64,000 bases of DNA, from NCBI GenBank assembly GCA_964187785.1, contig OZ076409.1, forward strand, positions 25,422,001-25,486,000. The letters run 5' to 3'. Position numbers and translations under genes: made by a program. Under the pieces are notes generated by a model. It saw only the letters and a list, made by a program, of their open reading frames with translations. It ran no database searches and was not told the DNA's origin. The stretch comes from Amphiscolops sp. MND2022 (taxonomy: Eukaryota). Positions 48,801 through 62,186 of this stretch are shown here, piece after piece (the first letter of the stretch is position 1; each line of letters opens with the position of its first letter).

Positions 48801-51800
48801 GTAGACGACGTGGTCGGTGATGAAGTGCTGCTTGTTGTGGATGATGTCGTCGATGATGTTGTACTGCTTGTAGTGGAGCTAGTCGTAGATGAAGTTGTGG
48901 GTGATGTTGTACTGCTTGTGGTGGAGCTAGTCGTAGATGAAGTTGTTGGTGATGAAGTGCTGCTTGTTGTCGAGCTTGTCGTGGAGGATGTTGTTGGTGA
49001 TGAAGTGCTGCTTGTTGTTGAGCTTGTCGTTGAGGATGTTGTTGGTGATGATGTGCTGCTTGTTGTAGAGCTTGTCGTCGACGATGTCGTTAGTGATGAA
49101 GTGCTGCTTGTTGTCGAGCTTGTCGTGGAGGATGTTGTTGGTGATGAAGTGCTGCTTGTGGTGGAGCTAGTCGTAGATGATGTCGTTGGTGATGAAGTAC
49201 TGCTTGTTGTGGAGCTTGTCGTAGACGACGTGGTCGGTGATGATGTGCTGCTTGTTGTCGAGCTTGTTGTGGATGATGTCGTTGGTGATGAAGTACTACT
49301 TGTTGTGGAGCTTGTCGTAGACGACGTGGTCGGTGATGAAGTGCTGCTTGTTGTAGAGCTAGTCGTAGAGGATGTCGTTGGTGATGAAGTACTGCTGCTT
49401 GTTGAAGATGTTGTAGGTGATGAAGTGCTGCTTGTTGTGAAGCTTGTCGTTGATGACGTCGTCGGTGATGATGTGCTGCTTGTTGTTGACGATGTCGTCG
49501 AAGATGTTGTACTGCTTGTTGTTGAGCTCGTCGTGGATGATGTTGTTGGCGATGAAGTGCTGCTTGATGTCGAGCTCGTCGTGGATGATGTTGTTGGCGA
49601 TGAAGTGCTGCTTGTTGTCGAGCTCGTCGTGGATGATGTTGTTGGTGATGAAGTGCTGCTTGTTGTAGAGCTTGACGTCGACGATGTCGTTGGTGATGAA
49701 GTACTGCTGGTTGTTGATGATGTTGTAGGTGATGAAGTGCTGCTTGTTGTTGAGCTAGTTGTAGATGATGTCGTTGGTGATGACGTACTGCTCGTGGTAG
49801 AGCTGGTTGTGAAGGAACTTGTTGACGAGGAAGTCCTGCTTGTTGTAGAGCTGGTCGTTGGTGAAGTTGTTGGCGAGGAAGTGCTACTTGTTGTCGATGA
49901 TGTCGTTGGTGATGATGTGCTGCTTGTGATAGAACTGGTTGTAGATGAAGTTGTTGATGATGACGTGCTGCTCGTTGTAGAGCTTGTGGTAGATGATGTT
50001 GTCGGTGATGAAGTACTGCTTGTTGTGGAGCTTGTGGTAGACGACGTGGTCGGCGATGAAGTGCTGCTTGTTGTTGAGCTAGTTGTAGATGATGTCGTTG
50101 GAGATGATGTACTGCTCGTGGTAGAGCTGGTTGTTGAGGAAGTTGTTGGCGAGGAAGTACTGCTTGTTGTAGAGCTGGTTGTTGATGAAGTTGTTGGCGA
50201 GGAAGTGCTACTTGTTGTCGATGATGTCGTTGGTGATGACGTGCTACTTGTGATAGAACTGGTTGTCGATGACGTCGTTGGTGATGATGTGCTGCTTGTG
50301 ATAGAACTGGTTGTAGATGAAGTTGTTGATGATGACGTGCTGCTCGTGGTAGAGCTTGTCGTAGATGATGTCGTCGGTGATGATGTGCTGCTTGTTGTTG
50401 AGCTAGTTGTAGATGATGTCGTTGGTGATGAAGTACTGCTCGTGGTAGAGCTGGTTGTTGAAGAAGTTGTTGGCGATGAAGTACTGCTTGTTGTAGAGCT
50501 GGTTGTTGATGAAGTTGTTGGCGAGGAAGTGCTACTTGTTGTAGAGCTGGTTGTTGATGAAGTTGTTGGCGAGGAAGTGGTACTTGTTGTCGATGATGTC
50601 GTTGGTGAAGACGTGCTGCTTGTGATAGAACTGGTTGTCGATGATGTCGTTGGTGATGATGTGCTGCTAGTGATAGAACTGGTTGTAGATGAAGTTGTTG
50701 ATGATGACGTGCTGCTCGTGGTAGAGCTTGTCGTAGATGATGTCGTCGGTGATGATGTGCTGCTTGTTGTGGAGCTAGTTGTAGATGATGTCGTTGGTGA
50801 TGAAGTACTGCTCGTGGTAGAGCTGGTTGTTGAGGAAGTTGTTGGCGATGAAGAACTGCTTGTTGTAGAGCTGGTTGTTGATGAAGTTGTTGGCGAGGAA
50901 GTGGTACTTGTTGTCGATGATGTCGTTGGTGACGACGTGCTGCTTGTGATAGAACTGGTTGTCGATGATGTCGTTGGTGATGATGTGCTGCTAGTGATAG
51001 AACTGGTTGTAGATGAAGTTGTTGATGATGACGTGCTGCTCGTGGTAGAGCTTGTCGTAGATGATGTCGTCGGTGATGATGTGCTGCTTGTTGTTGAGCT
51101 AGTTGTAGATGATGTCGTTGGCGATGAAGTACTGCTCGTGGTAGAGCTGGTTGTTGAGGAAGTTGTTGGCGATGAAGTACTGCTTGTTGTAGAGCTGGTT
51201 GTTGATGAAGTTGTTGGCGAGGAAGTGCTACTTGTTGTCGATGATGTCGTTGGTGACGACGTGCTGCTTGTGATAGAACTGGTTGTCGATGATGTCGTTG
51301 GTGATGAAGTGCTGCTAGTGATAGAACTGGTTGTAGATGAAGTTGTTGATGATGACGTGCTGCTCGTGGTAGAGCTTGTCGTAAATGATGTCGTCGGTGA
51401 TGATGTGCTGCTTGTTGTTGAGCTAGTTGTAGATGATGTCGTTGGTGATGAAGTACTGCTCGTGGTAGAGCTGGTTGTTGAGGAAGTTGTTGGCGATGAA
51501 GTACTGCTTGTTGTAGAGCTGGTTGTTGATGAAGTTGTTGGCGAGGAAGTGGTACTTGTTGTCGATGATGTCGTTGGTGACGACGTGCTGCTTGTGATAG
51601 AACTGGTTGTCGATGATGTCGTTGGTGATGATGTGCTGCTAGTGATAGAACTGGTTGTAGATGAAGTTGTTGATGATGACGTGCTGCTCGTTGTGGAGCT
51701 TGAGGTAGACGACGTGGTCGGCGATGAAGTGCTGCTTGTTGTTGAGCTAGTTGTAGATGATGTCGTTGGTGATGAAGTACTGCTCGTGGTAGAGCTGGTT

Positions 51801-54800
51801 GTTGAGGAAGTTGTTGGCGAGGAAGTACTGCTTGTTGTAGAGCTGGTTGTTGATGAAGTTGTCGGCGAGGAAGTGCTACTTGTTGTCGATGATGTCGTTG
51901 GTGATGACGTGCTGCTTGTGATAGAACTCGTTGTAGATGAAGTCGTTGATGATGACGTGCTGCTCGTTGTAGCGCTTGTGGTAGATGATGTGGTCGGTGA
52001 TGAAGTACTGCTTGTAGTGGAGCTTGTGGTAGACGACGTGGTCGGTGATGATGTGCTGCTTGTTGTTGAGCTAGTTGTAGATGATGTCGTTGGCGATGAA
52101 GTACTGCTTGTTGTAGAGCTGGTTGTTGAAGAAGTTGTTGGCGAGGAAGTGCTACTTGTTGTCGATGATGTCGTTGGTGATGACGTGCTGCTTGTGATAG
52201 AACTGGTTGTTGATGATGTCGTTGGTGATGATGTGCTGCTTGTGATAGAACTGGTTGTAGATGAAGTTGTTGATGATGACGTGCTGCTCGTGGTAGAGCT
52301 TGTCGTAGATGATGTCGTCGGTGACGATGTGCTGCTTGTTGTTGAGCTAGTTGTAGATGATGTTGTTGGTGATGAAGTACTGCTCGTGGTAGAGCTGGTT
52401 GTTGAGGAAGTTGTTGGCGAGGAAGTACTGCTTGTTGTAGAGCTGGTTGTTGATGAAGTTGTTGGCGAGGAAGTGCTACTTGTTGTCGATGATGTCGTTG
52501 GTGATGACGTGCTGCTTGTGATAGAACTCGTTGTAGATGATGACGTGCTGCTCGTTGTAGAGCTTGTGGTAGATGATGTTGTCGGTGATGAAGTACTGCT
52601 TGTAGTGGAGCTTGTGGTAGACGACGTGGTCGGTGATGATGTGCTGCTTGTTGTTGAGCTAGTTGTAGATGATGTCGTTGGTGATGATGTACTGCTCGTG
52701 GTAGAGCTGGTTGTTGAGGAAGTTGTTGGCGATGAAGTACTGCTTGTTGTAGAGCTGGTTGTTGAGGAAGTTGTTGGCGAGGAAGTGCTACTTGTTGTCG
52801 ATGATGTCGTTGGTGATGACGTGCTGCTTGTGATAGAACTGGTTGTCGATGATGTCGTTGGTGATGATGTGCTGCTTGTGATAGAACTGGTTGTAGATGA
52901 AGTTGTTGATGATGACGTGCTGCTCGTGGTAGAGCTTGTCGTAGATGATGTCGTCGGTGACGATGTGCTGCTTGTTGTTGAGCTAGTTGTAGATGATGTT
53001 GTTGGTGATGAAGTACTGCTCGTGGTAGAGCTGGTTGTTGAGGAAGTTGTTGGCGAGGAAGTACTGCTTGTTGTAGAGCTGGTTGTTGATGAAGTTGTTG
53101 GCGAGGAAGTGCTACTTGTTGTGGATGATGTCGTTGGTGATGACGTGCTGCTTGTGATAGAACTCGTTGTAGATGATGACGTGCTGCTCGTTGTAGAGCT
53201 TGTGGTAGATGATGTTGTCGGTGATGAAGTACTGCTCGTGGTAGAGCTGGTTGTTGAGGAAGTTGTTGGCGATGAAGTACTGCTTGTTGTAGAGCTGGTT
53301 GTTGAGGAAGTTGTTGGCGAGGAAGTGCTACTTGTTGTCGATGATGTCGTTGGTGATGACGTGCTGCTTGTGATAGAACTGGTTGTCGATGATGTCGTTG
53401 GTGATGATGTGCTGCTTGTGATAGAACTGGTTGTAGATGAAGTTGTTGATGATGACGTGCTGCTCGTGGTAGAGCTTGTCGTAGATGATATCGTCGGTGA
53501 TGGTGTGCTGCTTGTTGTTGAGCTAGTTGTAGATGATGTCGTTGGTGATGATGTACTGCTCGTGGTAGAGCTGGTTGTTGTGGAAGTTGTTGGCGAGGAA
53601 GTGCTGCTTGTTGTAGAGCTAGTTGTTGATGAGGTTGTAGGCGATGATGTGCTGCTTGTCGTAGAGCTTGTCGAAGATGAGGTTGTAGGTGATGATGTGC
53701 TGCTTGTCGTAGAACTTGTCGTGGATGAAGTTGTTGGTGACGAAGTACTGCTGGTTGTCGAGCTCGTCGTGGATGAAGTTGTTGGTGACGAAGTACTGCT
53801 GGTTGTTGACGATGTTGTGGGCGATGAGGTGCTGCTTGTTGTAGAGCTTGTCGTAGATGAAGTTGTGGGGGATGATGTGCTGCTTGTTGTAGAGCTTGTG
53901 GTAGATGAGGTCGTTGGTGATGATGTGCTACTTGTTGTCGAGCTCGTCGTAGATGATGTCGTTGGCGACGAAGTGCTGCTTGTTGTAGAGCTAGTCGTAA
54001 ATGATGTCGTTGGTGATGAAGTACTGCTTGTTGTATAGCTGGTTGTTGAAGATGTTGTTGGTGATGATGTGCTGCTTGTTGTAGAGCTCGTCGTAGATGA
54101 AGTTGTGGGGGATGATGTGCTGCTTGTTGTAGAGCTTGTCGTAGATGAAGTTGTGGGGGATGATGTGCTGCTTGTTGTAGAGCTTGTCGTAGATGAAGTT
54201 GTGGGGGATGATGTGCTGCTTGTTGTCGAGCTCGTCGTGGATGATGTTGTTGGTGACGAAGTACTGCTGGTTGTGGACGATGTTGTAGGTGATGATGTGC
54301 TGCTTGTTGTAGAGCTTGTTGTAGAGCTTGTCGTAGATGAAGTTGTGGGGGATGATGTGCTGCTTGTTGTAGAGCTTGTGGTAGATGAGGTCGTTGGTGA
54401 TGATGTACTGCTTGTTGTCGAGCTCGTCGTGGATGAAGTTGTGGGTGATGATGTGCTGCTTGTTGTAGAGCTTGTGGTAGACGAGGTCGTTGGTGATGAT
54501 GTACTGCTTGTTGTCGAGCTCGTCGTGGATGAAGTTGTGGGTGATGATGTGCTGCTTGTCGTAGAACTTGTCGTGGATGAAGTTGTTGGTGACGAAGTGC
54601 TGCTTGTTGTAGAGCTAGTCGTAAATGATGTCGTTGGTGATGAAGTACTGCTTGTTGTATAGCTGGTTGTTGAAGATGTTGTTGGTGATGATGTGCTGCT
54701 TGTTGTAGAGCTTGTCGTAGATGAAGTTGTGGGGGATGATGTGCTGCTTGTTGTCGAGCTTGTCGTGGACGAAGTTGTAGGTGATGTTGTGCTGCTTGTT

Positions 54801-57800
54801 GTAGAGCTTGTGGTAGATGAGGTTGTTGGTGATGATGTGCTGCTTGTTGTCAAGCTTGTCGTGGATGAAGTTGTTGGTGACGAAGTACTGCTGGTTGTTG
54901 ACGATGTTGTGGGCGATGAGGTGCTGCTTGTTGTAGAGCTTGTGGAAGATGAGGTCGTTGGTGATGATGTGCTGCTTGTTGTCGAGCTCGTCGTAGATGA
55001 TGTCGTTGGCGACGAAGTGCTGCTTGTTGTAGAGCTAGTCGTAAATGATGTCGTTGGTGATGAAGTACTGCTTGTTGTATAGCTGGTTGTTGAAGATGTT
55101 GTTGGTGATGATGTGCTGCTTGTTGTAGAGCTTGTCGTAGATGAAGTTGTAGGTGATGATGTGCTGCTTGTCGTAGAACTTGTCGTGGATGAAGTTGTTG
55201 GTGACGAAGTACTGCTGGTTGTGGACGATGTTGTGGGCGATGAGGTGCTGCTTGTTGTAGAGCTTGTGGTAGATGAGGTCGTTGGTGATGATGTGCTGCT
55301 TGTTGTCGAGCTCGTCGTAGATGAAGTCGTTGGTGACGAAGTGCTGCTTGTTGTAGAGCTAGTCGTAAATGATGTCGTTGGTGATGAAGTACTGCTTGTT
55401 GTATAGCTGGTTGTTGAAGATGTTGTTGGTGATGATGTGCTGCTTGTTGTAGAGCTTGTCGTAGATGAAGTTGTGGGGGATGATGTGCTGCTTGTTGTAG
55501 AGCTTGTGGTAGATGAGGTCGTTGGTGATGATGTGCTGCTTGATGTCGAGCTCGTCGTAGATGATGTTGTTGGTGACGAAGTACTGCTGGTTGTGGACGA
55601 TGTTGTAGGTGATGATGTGCTGCTTGATGTAGAGCTTGTCGTAGATGAAGTTGTGGGGGATGATGTGCTGCTTGTCGTAGAACTTGTCGTGGATGAAGTT
55701 GTTGGTGACGAAGTACTGCTGGTTGTGGACGATGTTGTGGGCGATGAGGTGCTGCTTGTTGTAGAGCTTGTGGTAGATGAGGTCGTTGGTGATGATGTGC
55801 TGCTTGTTGTCGAGCTCGACGTAGATGATGTCGTTGGTGACGAAGTGCTGCTTGTTGTAGAGCTAGTCGTAAATGATGTCGTTGGTGATGAAGTACTGCT
55901 TGTTGTATAGCTGGTTGTTGAAGATGTTGTTGGTGATGATGTGCTGCTTGTTGTAGAGCTTGTCGTAGATGAAGTTGTGGGGGATGATGTGCTGCTTGTT
56001 GTAGAGCTTGTGGTAGATGAGGTCGTTGGTGATGATGTGCTGCTTGTTGTCGAGCTCGTCGTGGATGATGTTGTTGGTGACGAAGTACTGCTGGTTGTGG
56101 ACGATGTTGTAGGTGATGATGTGCTGCTTGTTGTAGAGCTTGTGGTAGATGAGGTCGTTGGTGATGATGTACTGCTTGTTGTCGAGCTCGTCGTGGATGA
56201 AGTTGTAGGTGATGATGTGCTGCTTGTCGTAGAACTTGTCGTGGATGAAGTTGTTGGTGACGAAGTACTGCTGGTTGTGGACGATGTTGTGGGCGATGAG
56301 GTGCTGCTTGTTGTAGAGCTTGTGGTAGATGAGGTCGTTGGTGATGATGTGCTGCTTGTTGTCGAGCTCGTCGTAGATGAAGTCGTTGGTGACGAAGTGC
56401 TGCTTGTTGTAGAGCTAGTCGTAAATGATGTCGTTGGTGATGAAGTACTGCTTGTTGTATAGCTGGTTGTTGAAGATGTTGTTGGTGATGATGTGCTGCT
56501 TGTTGTAGAGCTTGTCGTAGATGAAGTTGTGGGGGATGATGTGCTGCTTGTTGTAGAGCTTGTGGTAGATGAGGTCGTTGGTGATGATGTGCTGCTTGAT
56601 GTCGAGCTCGTCGTAGATGATGTTGTTGGTGACGAAGTACTGCTGGTTGTGGACGATGTTGTAGGTGATGATGTGCTGCTTGTTGTAGAGCTTGTCGTAG
56701 ATGAAGTTGTGGGGGATGATGTGCTGCTTGTCGTAGAACTTGTCGTGGATGAAGTTGTTGGTGACGAAGTACTGCTGGTTGTGGACGATGTTGTGGGCGA
56801 TGAGGTGCTGCTTGTTGTAGAGCTTGTGGTAGATGAGGTCGTTGGTGATGATGTGCTGCTTGTTGTCGAGCTCGACGTAGATGATGTCGTTGGTGACGAA
56901 GTGCTGCTTGTTGTAGAGCTAGTCGTAAATGATGTCGTTGGTGATGAAGTACTGCTTGTTGTATAGCTGGTTGTTGAAGATGTTGTTGGTGATGATGTGC
57001 TGCTTGTTGTAGAGCTTGTCGTAGATGAAGTTGTGGGGGATGATGTGCTGCTTGTTGTAGAGCTTGTGGTAGATGAGGTCGTTGGTGATGATGTGCTGCT
57101 TGTTGTCGAGCTCGTCGTGGATGATGTTGTTGGTGACGAAGTACTGCTGGTTGTGGACGATGTTGTAGGTGATGATGTGCTGCTTGTTGTAGAACTTGTC
57201 GTGGATGAAGTTGTTGGTGACGAAGTACTGCTGGTTGTCGAGCTCGTCGTGGATGAAGTTGTGGGTGATGATGTGCTGCTTGTTGTAGAGCTGGTCGTAG
57301 ATGATGTCGTTGGTGATGAAGTGCTGCTTGTTGTGGAGCTAGTCGTAGATGATGTCGTTGGTGACGAAGTGCTGCTTGTTGTAGAGCTAGTCGTAAATGA
57401 TGTCGTTGGTGATGAAGTACTGCTTGTTGTATAACTGGTTGTTGAAGATGTTGTTGGTGATGATGTGCTGCTTGTCGTAGAACTTGTCGTGGATGAAGTT
57501 GTTGGTGACGAAGTACTGCTGCTTGTGGACGATGTTGTAGGTGATGATGTGCTGCTTGTTGTAGAGCTTGTCGTAGATGAAGTTGTGAGGGATGATGTGC
57601 TGCTTGTTGTAGAGCTTGTGGTAGATGAGGTCGTTGGTGATGATGTGCTGCTTGTTGTCGAGCTTGTCGTGGACGAAGTTGTAGGTGATGATGTGCTGCT
57701 TGTCGTGGATGAAGTTGTTGGTGATGATGTGCTGCTTGTCGTGGATGAAGTTGTTGGTGATGAAGTACTACTAGTTGTATAGCTGGTTGTTGAGGATGTT

Positions 57801-57929
57801 GTTGAAGATGTTGTAGGGGATGAAGTGCTACTGGTTGTAAAACTAGTTGTGTGTGATGTGGTAGGTGGTGTGCTACTGGTAGATGGAGGCGTTGGAAATC
57901 TTGATCCAGTCGAGGTGGTTCCTATGGAG
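45819..57929 (-). CDS. Mucin PTS exon 1 (12,111 nt; 4,037 codons of Ser/Thr/Pro repeats)
   Basis: Acceptor ttttag at 57930-31, donor ag|gtatta. Same frame as the 3019-aa ORF. All antisense ORF fragments share one frame, implying no frameshift. Confidence 0.92.
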
Positions 57930-58419
57930 CTAAAATTGTTTTGTTAACTGTTTCATCGTTGTTTCTTCATTTTGATGTGGAGTTCTGTCAAAAAGACTGG
58001 TTTTGAAATAACTTTTGTTTTGTTATTGGTGGTAGTAAATACGGCAGTACCTAGGTGAACTCAGGATAAATGATAAATATGATAATATAAACAATCCTAG
58101 CAGATGTTCAGTAGGCTTTTTCAAGAGCAAGTACTTGTGCCTAGTCAACTTTTTGGAAGTAAGCTGCTCACAATTTGAAGGCTTTCCTACAGTTTTGGTT
58201 GCTTCTATGATTCAAAAAGATTCCCATTCAAAATTTTTAGAAAGAAATAAAAATTGTAAAATATGTCAAACAAGCATTAGTTCAAAAAGTCATTAGTCGT
58301 TAATTTTGCAAGCCATTGATGTGTTACCAGACAGAAGCGTCCCAGACAAAGACTACATGGGATTTGGTTGAAACACGAAACTAAACACTTTGAAAGCTAT
58401 TTAAAATGATGTTACTTAC

Positions 58420-58473
58420 GATTTAGACGACGATGTTCGAAACGTTGGGATCCGAGTCTCAGGAGTTGTTGAA
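58420..58473 (-). CDS. Mucin 54-nt linker mini-exon
   Basis: STTPETRIPTFRTSSSKS; acceptor ttctag, donor gtaagt; paralog of 61773-61826. Confidence 0.85.
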
Positions 58474-58650
58474 CTAGAATGATTAGACAAGAAATTACTT
58501 TCCACAATATTTGATCATGTAACCTCCCCATTGTTTAATTCAGCGAACGCATTTCTAATTCAAATTTTTCTTCTTTTTTTCAACCTTTGAAGACGATGCG
58601 ACCCGGAAGCTTATTTCACATGTTGATGTTCTGAAGCATGTATTACGGAC

Positions 58651-59085
58651 CTGGTCGTTCCCGAGCTGGTAGAACTAGTCGTGAATGAAGTTGTCGGCGA
58701 AGAGGTACTACGTTTCGTTGAACTAGTTGTTGATGACGTAGATGATGACGTAGTTGAGGACGTAGTTGATGACATAGTTGAGGACGTAGTTGAGGACGTA
58801 GTTGATGACGTAGTTGACGAAGTAGTGGGTGAAGATGTGCTACTTGTTTTCGATGATGTCGTCGAAGATGTTGTACTGCTTGCTGTCGAACTTGTCGTGG
58901 ACGAAGTTGTTGGTGATGAAGTACTACTAGTTGTATAGCTGGTTGTTGAGGATAATGTTGAAGATGTTGTAGGGGATGAAGTGCTACTGGTTGTAAAATT
59001 GGTTGTTGACGAGGTGGTTGGTGGTGTGCTACTGGTTGGAGGCGTTGGAAGTTCTCTTGTTCCAATCGAGGTGGTTCCGGTGGAT
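58651..59085 (-). CDS. Mucin short PTS exon (435 nt)
   Basis: STGTTSIGTRELPTPP...S/T repeats; acceptor ttttag. Donor ag|gtccgt is weak but phase-compatible. Confidence 0.78.
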
Positions 59086-59103
59086 CTAAAATTGTTTTGT
59101 TAA

Positions 59104-59625
59104 CCCTGGTTGGAACTGCTTGAACGTTTTACAAGTTTTTGTTGGCTACAAAGCTAATTTTTCAAGATTTAATAAAAGTCTCAAGGAAACGTCCATGCAT
59201 TAAAACTTCACTGATTCAATTTAATTTTATCAAACTGCCTATAAGATGCATCCTAAATTTGGCGGCAATTCCGAGCCGCAAGTTCTGCAGATTTTAGGAA
59301 GCAGCTTAGACCTTCATCAATTTTACCGCGCTTTCAATGCAACTAATTTTCAGTCACATTATAAGTTTCAAAGTAGCGTCATATTCAGCGTGCTACTTGA
59401 CTAATGGTGTTTACATAAGGTAGTTGCTTGAGAAACTTACGCGTGAAAACAAAGTGATCGCGGTTGTGAAGAAGTGGAAATGTTTTCAGTTTTAACTCAA
59501 ATAGTGAAAGCTGCAAATTCTACAGTGTTTCCATACATGGTCCCTGAATTTTCCATGTTTTCTAAAAAAACTAGCCGGCATTTTTTGAAGATGCCTGTAA
59601 AACTTCGCGGCAACTTTGACTAGGG
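59104..59625. mobile_element. CCCT...AGGG MITE (piggyBac-like) inserted at TTAA
   Basis: TTAA at 59100-59103 then ccctggttggaactgcttgaac. Second copy at 62846-63361. The paralogous intron has an empty TTAA at ~57944. Confidence 0.65.
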
Positions 59626-60489
59626 AACTCATTGTTCTTTTTTTCAAGAGTTGCATTTTTTTTCTGTTTTTCATCGTTCGATCGATTGATTTTGGTTTAT
59701 ATGTTTTGGCAGTGGCGTTCTCTATAAACACTTTCGTTAAGCCAACCGGAGGCACTGTTTTGTTTCTGCTTGTTTATCCGACGAAAAAATGGCACAGGCC
59801 AGGAATTGGTGTCTTGTTATTGGGGGTAGTAAATATGGCCGTACCTAGGTGACTTCAGGATAACTGACAGATTCGATAATTCAATCAACTATAGCAGATG
59901 CTCAGGAAGCTGTTACCAGAAAACGTTCGTGACCATTATGTCAAGTAAACATTAGTTCAAACGAAAGATCAGACTCTTTTCCGCCATTAACTTTAAGTTC
60001 ATCACTTCATTTGAATAACTAGCAGAAAATACCAAAATTATTAATATAAATTTTGGCAGCAAAACTAAAATTAACAAATGAAAATGTTAAACATGGTATT
60101 ACCAGGGAATTCTTATTTTGATCGAACACCTTCAATAATTAGATTTACTTATAGGCGATGAAATCGTCTCAAAAATTAGCGAGCTTTTTTGTATTTGAGC
60201 GTTTTTGATTGGTACGCTTATAACTGTCTGAATTGGGCCCTTTTGACTGGGTCGCTTTTGTCTGTACACGCAGCTTAAATCACAGCTTAAACCACAGACG
60301 ATTGTTGTTTTTCGCCCCATAATTTATTGCTTTGGGGAGGAAAATTATAATCTGTGTCGCGTTTTTTTCCGAAATATGCCAAATCTCCATAATCTCCATA
60401 TTTGTTAACGTGGATCTCAAGATAGAATGGAAACGAACTGAGGCGATAATTGTAAATTGATGAAGATGATGAATTATTTAGAATAAGTA

Positions 60490-61128
60490 CAGTAGCGTTC
60501 TAAAATATCGCAACCTCATAGCATAAAATGGCAAAATTCAAAACCAAATATCTCATAAACTGTTACGAATACAAAATTTTGCCAGCTAGGAAAGTTTCTT
60601 AGAATTTTATCTAGTTTACAAAAATGTTTGTTTGAAATTTCTACGACCGTTACCAAAAAAGTTAGAAATTGCAAATTTTAGTAAATTTTAATTGAAATTT
60701 GAGTTTTTTTGAAAATTGAGTAACTTAGAATAAATTTTTTTTGGAGTTTTTTCATTGGCTATAAGAATTGTATTTAGAAAATTGATGATTTTTATTTGAA
60801 ATCGAAAAAATTTTCCAATCAAATTATATCAGCATCCTCAGGAGATTTGGGGGCAAATGATTGACTGAAAATTTTTCAAAAATATATTTTCAACTTTGTG
60901 AAAATCCAGAAAAAGTACAAATTTCATTAAATTTTGTCAAAATTTCCAATTTCTAACTTTTGTAAATTTTGTCGCAGAAATTTCAAACGAACATTTTTGT
61001 AAACTAGATAAAATTCTAAGAAACTTTCCTAGCTGACACTTTTTCGTATTTGTGACAGTTTTCAAGAAATTTGGATTTGAAATTTGCAATTTTAAGCATT
61101 GGAGTTGCGATATTTTAGAACGCTACTG
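60490..61128. mobile_element. Tc1/mariner-type MITE with ~200-bp TIRs and TA TSD
   Basis: TA|cagtagcgttctaaaatatcgcaac ... gttgcgatattttagaacgctactg|TA; the internal block agctaggaaagtttcttagaattttatctagtttacaaaaatgtt is mirrored exactly. Confidence 0.9.
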
Positions 61129-61772
61129 TAGACTGTTTCTTTTAACAAGGCTTTACGCAATGAAGCATAGAATCTCAGAGTTTAGGCAATTAGTACCAGT
61201 ACTTATTTACAAACACGTTACATCATTTCAATCGCTCTATCACAATATTAGTTGCTTTCTGTTAGTTACTTATTAAGGTACGATGGCTCAGTTGGTGACA
61301 TGACAATCATTCAATGATCATACATATAGAAACCTCTAAGTTATAGCATGGTCATAAAATGTTGTCATTTCATGTCATGTCTGGAACTAATAAGTTCCAT
61401 GCTGTTCAGGGTGACAGTTTTGGATTCATATATGAATTTTGTTCACTCTATTTCTCTTCATAAAGTCAACGTATTCTTTGTTGAATCAACAGCTTCAATT
61501 TTTGAGTCACAAAATCAGTTAACTCGAACATAATCACCGTCAGAATGTGTGAAAAATGTTTTTTTTTTCAAACTGAAAAATAGTTCCCAAATAGAGGTTA
61601 TCTTTCAGTTTTGATTAGGCCAGTGTGGAAGCTTTTTTGTAAACTTCTTTCAAAATCTACTTATGGCGGGAGGACAGAAAAAAGCCAAGCCACCTAATTT
61701 AACAGTACCAAGCTGTTTGGTTGAAACACAAAACTAAACACTTTGAAAGCTATTTAAAATGATGTCACTTAC

Positions 61773-61826
61773 GATTGAGACGACGATGTTCGAAACGTTG
61801 GGATCCGAGACTCAGGAGTTGTTGAA
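61773..61826 (-). CDS. Mucin 54-nt linker mini-exon
   Basis: STTPESRIPTFRTSSSQS; donor gtaagt, phase 2-2. Confidence 0.85.
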
Positions 61827-62123
61827 CTAGAATGTTTAGACAAAAATTACTTTCCACGATATTTGATCATGTAACCTCCCCATTGTTGGATTCAGCGGGG
61901 GGGGGGGTGTTGATTCTAACTCTTGATCGTATTCTGCTTTTCATTTGCCGAATAGAAGTTCCTAGAGGAAGTGGTCTAAACTTTGAGTTCGTTCAGACCA
62001 TGCTCGTTCTGATTTCAAAATAATACAGTACTTTCATTTGAATTTTACTTCGTGTTTTCATGAACAGTTTCCTAAGACATTTTTCATAAGTAGTCTCAAT
62101 TACACGTCAGATAAGAAACTTAC

Positions 62124-62186
62124 GTTGATGGTATTGACGACGATGAAAACGAAAATGTTGGAGGTCTCGGTTCAGAGGTTGGCAAA
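62124..62186 (-). CDS. Mucin 63-nt linker mini-exon
   Basis: LPTSEPRPPTFSFSSSSIPS; acceptor atttcag, donor gtaagt, phase 2-2. Confidence 0.82.

Noticed and set aside
36395..57782. Plus-strand 2201-aa, 2738-aa and shorter V/D/E/L-rich ORFs
   Set aside because: Antisense shadows of the S/T/P repeats. In that frame a stop arises only when the sense codon begins TA or CA, and the observed stops fall at the sense Tyr codons. Splice signals and domains are all on the minus strand.
36430..57860. CRISPR-like regular 36-nt periodicity
   Set aside because: No unique spacers, no cas genes, eukaryotic context; it is a coding tandem repeat.
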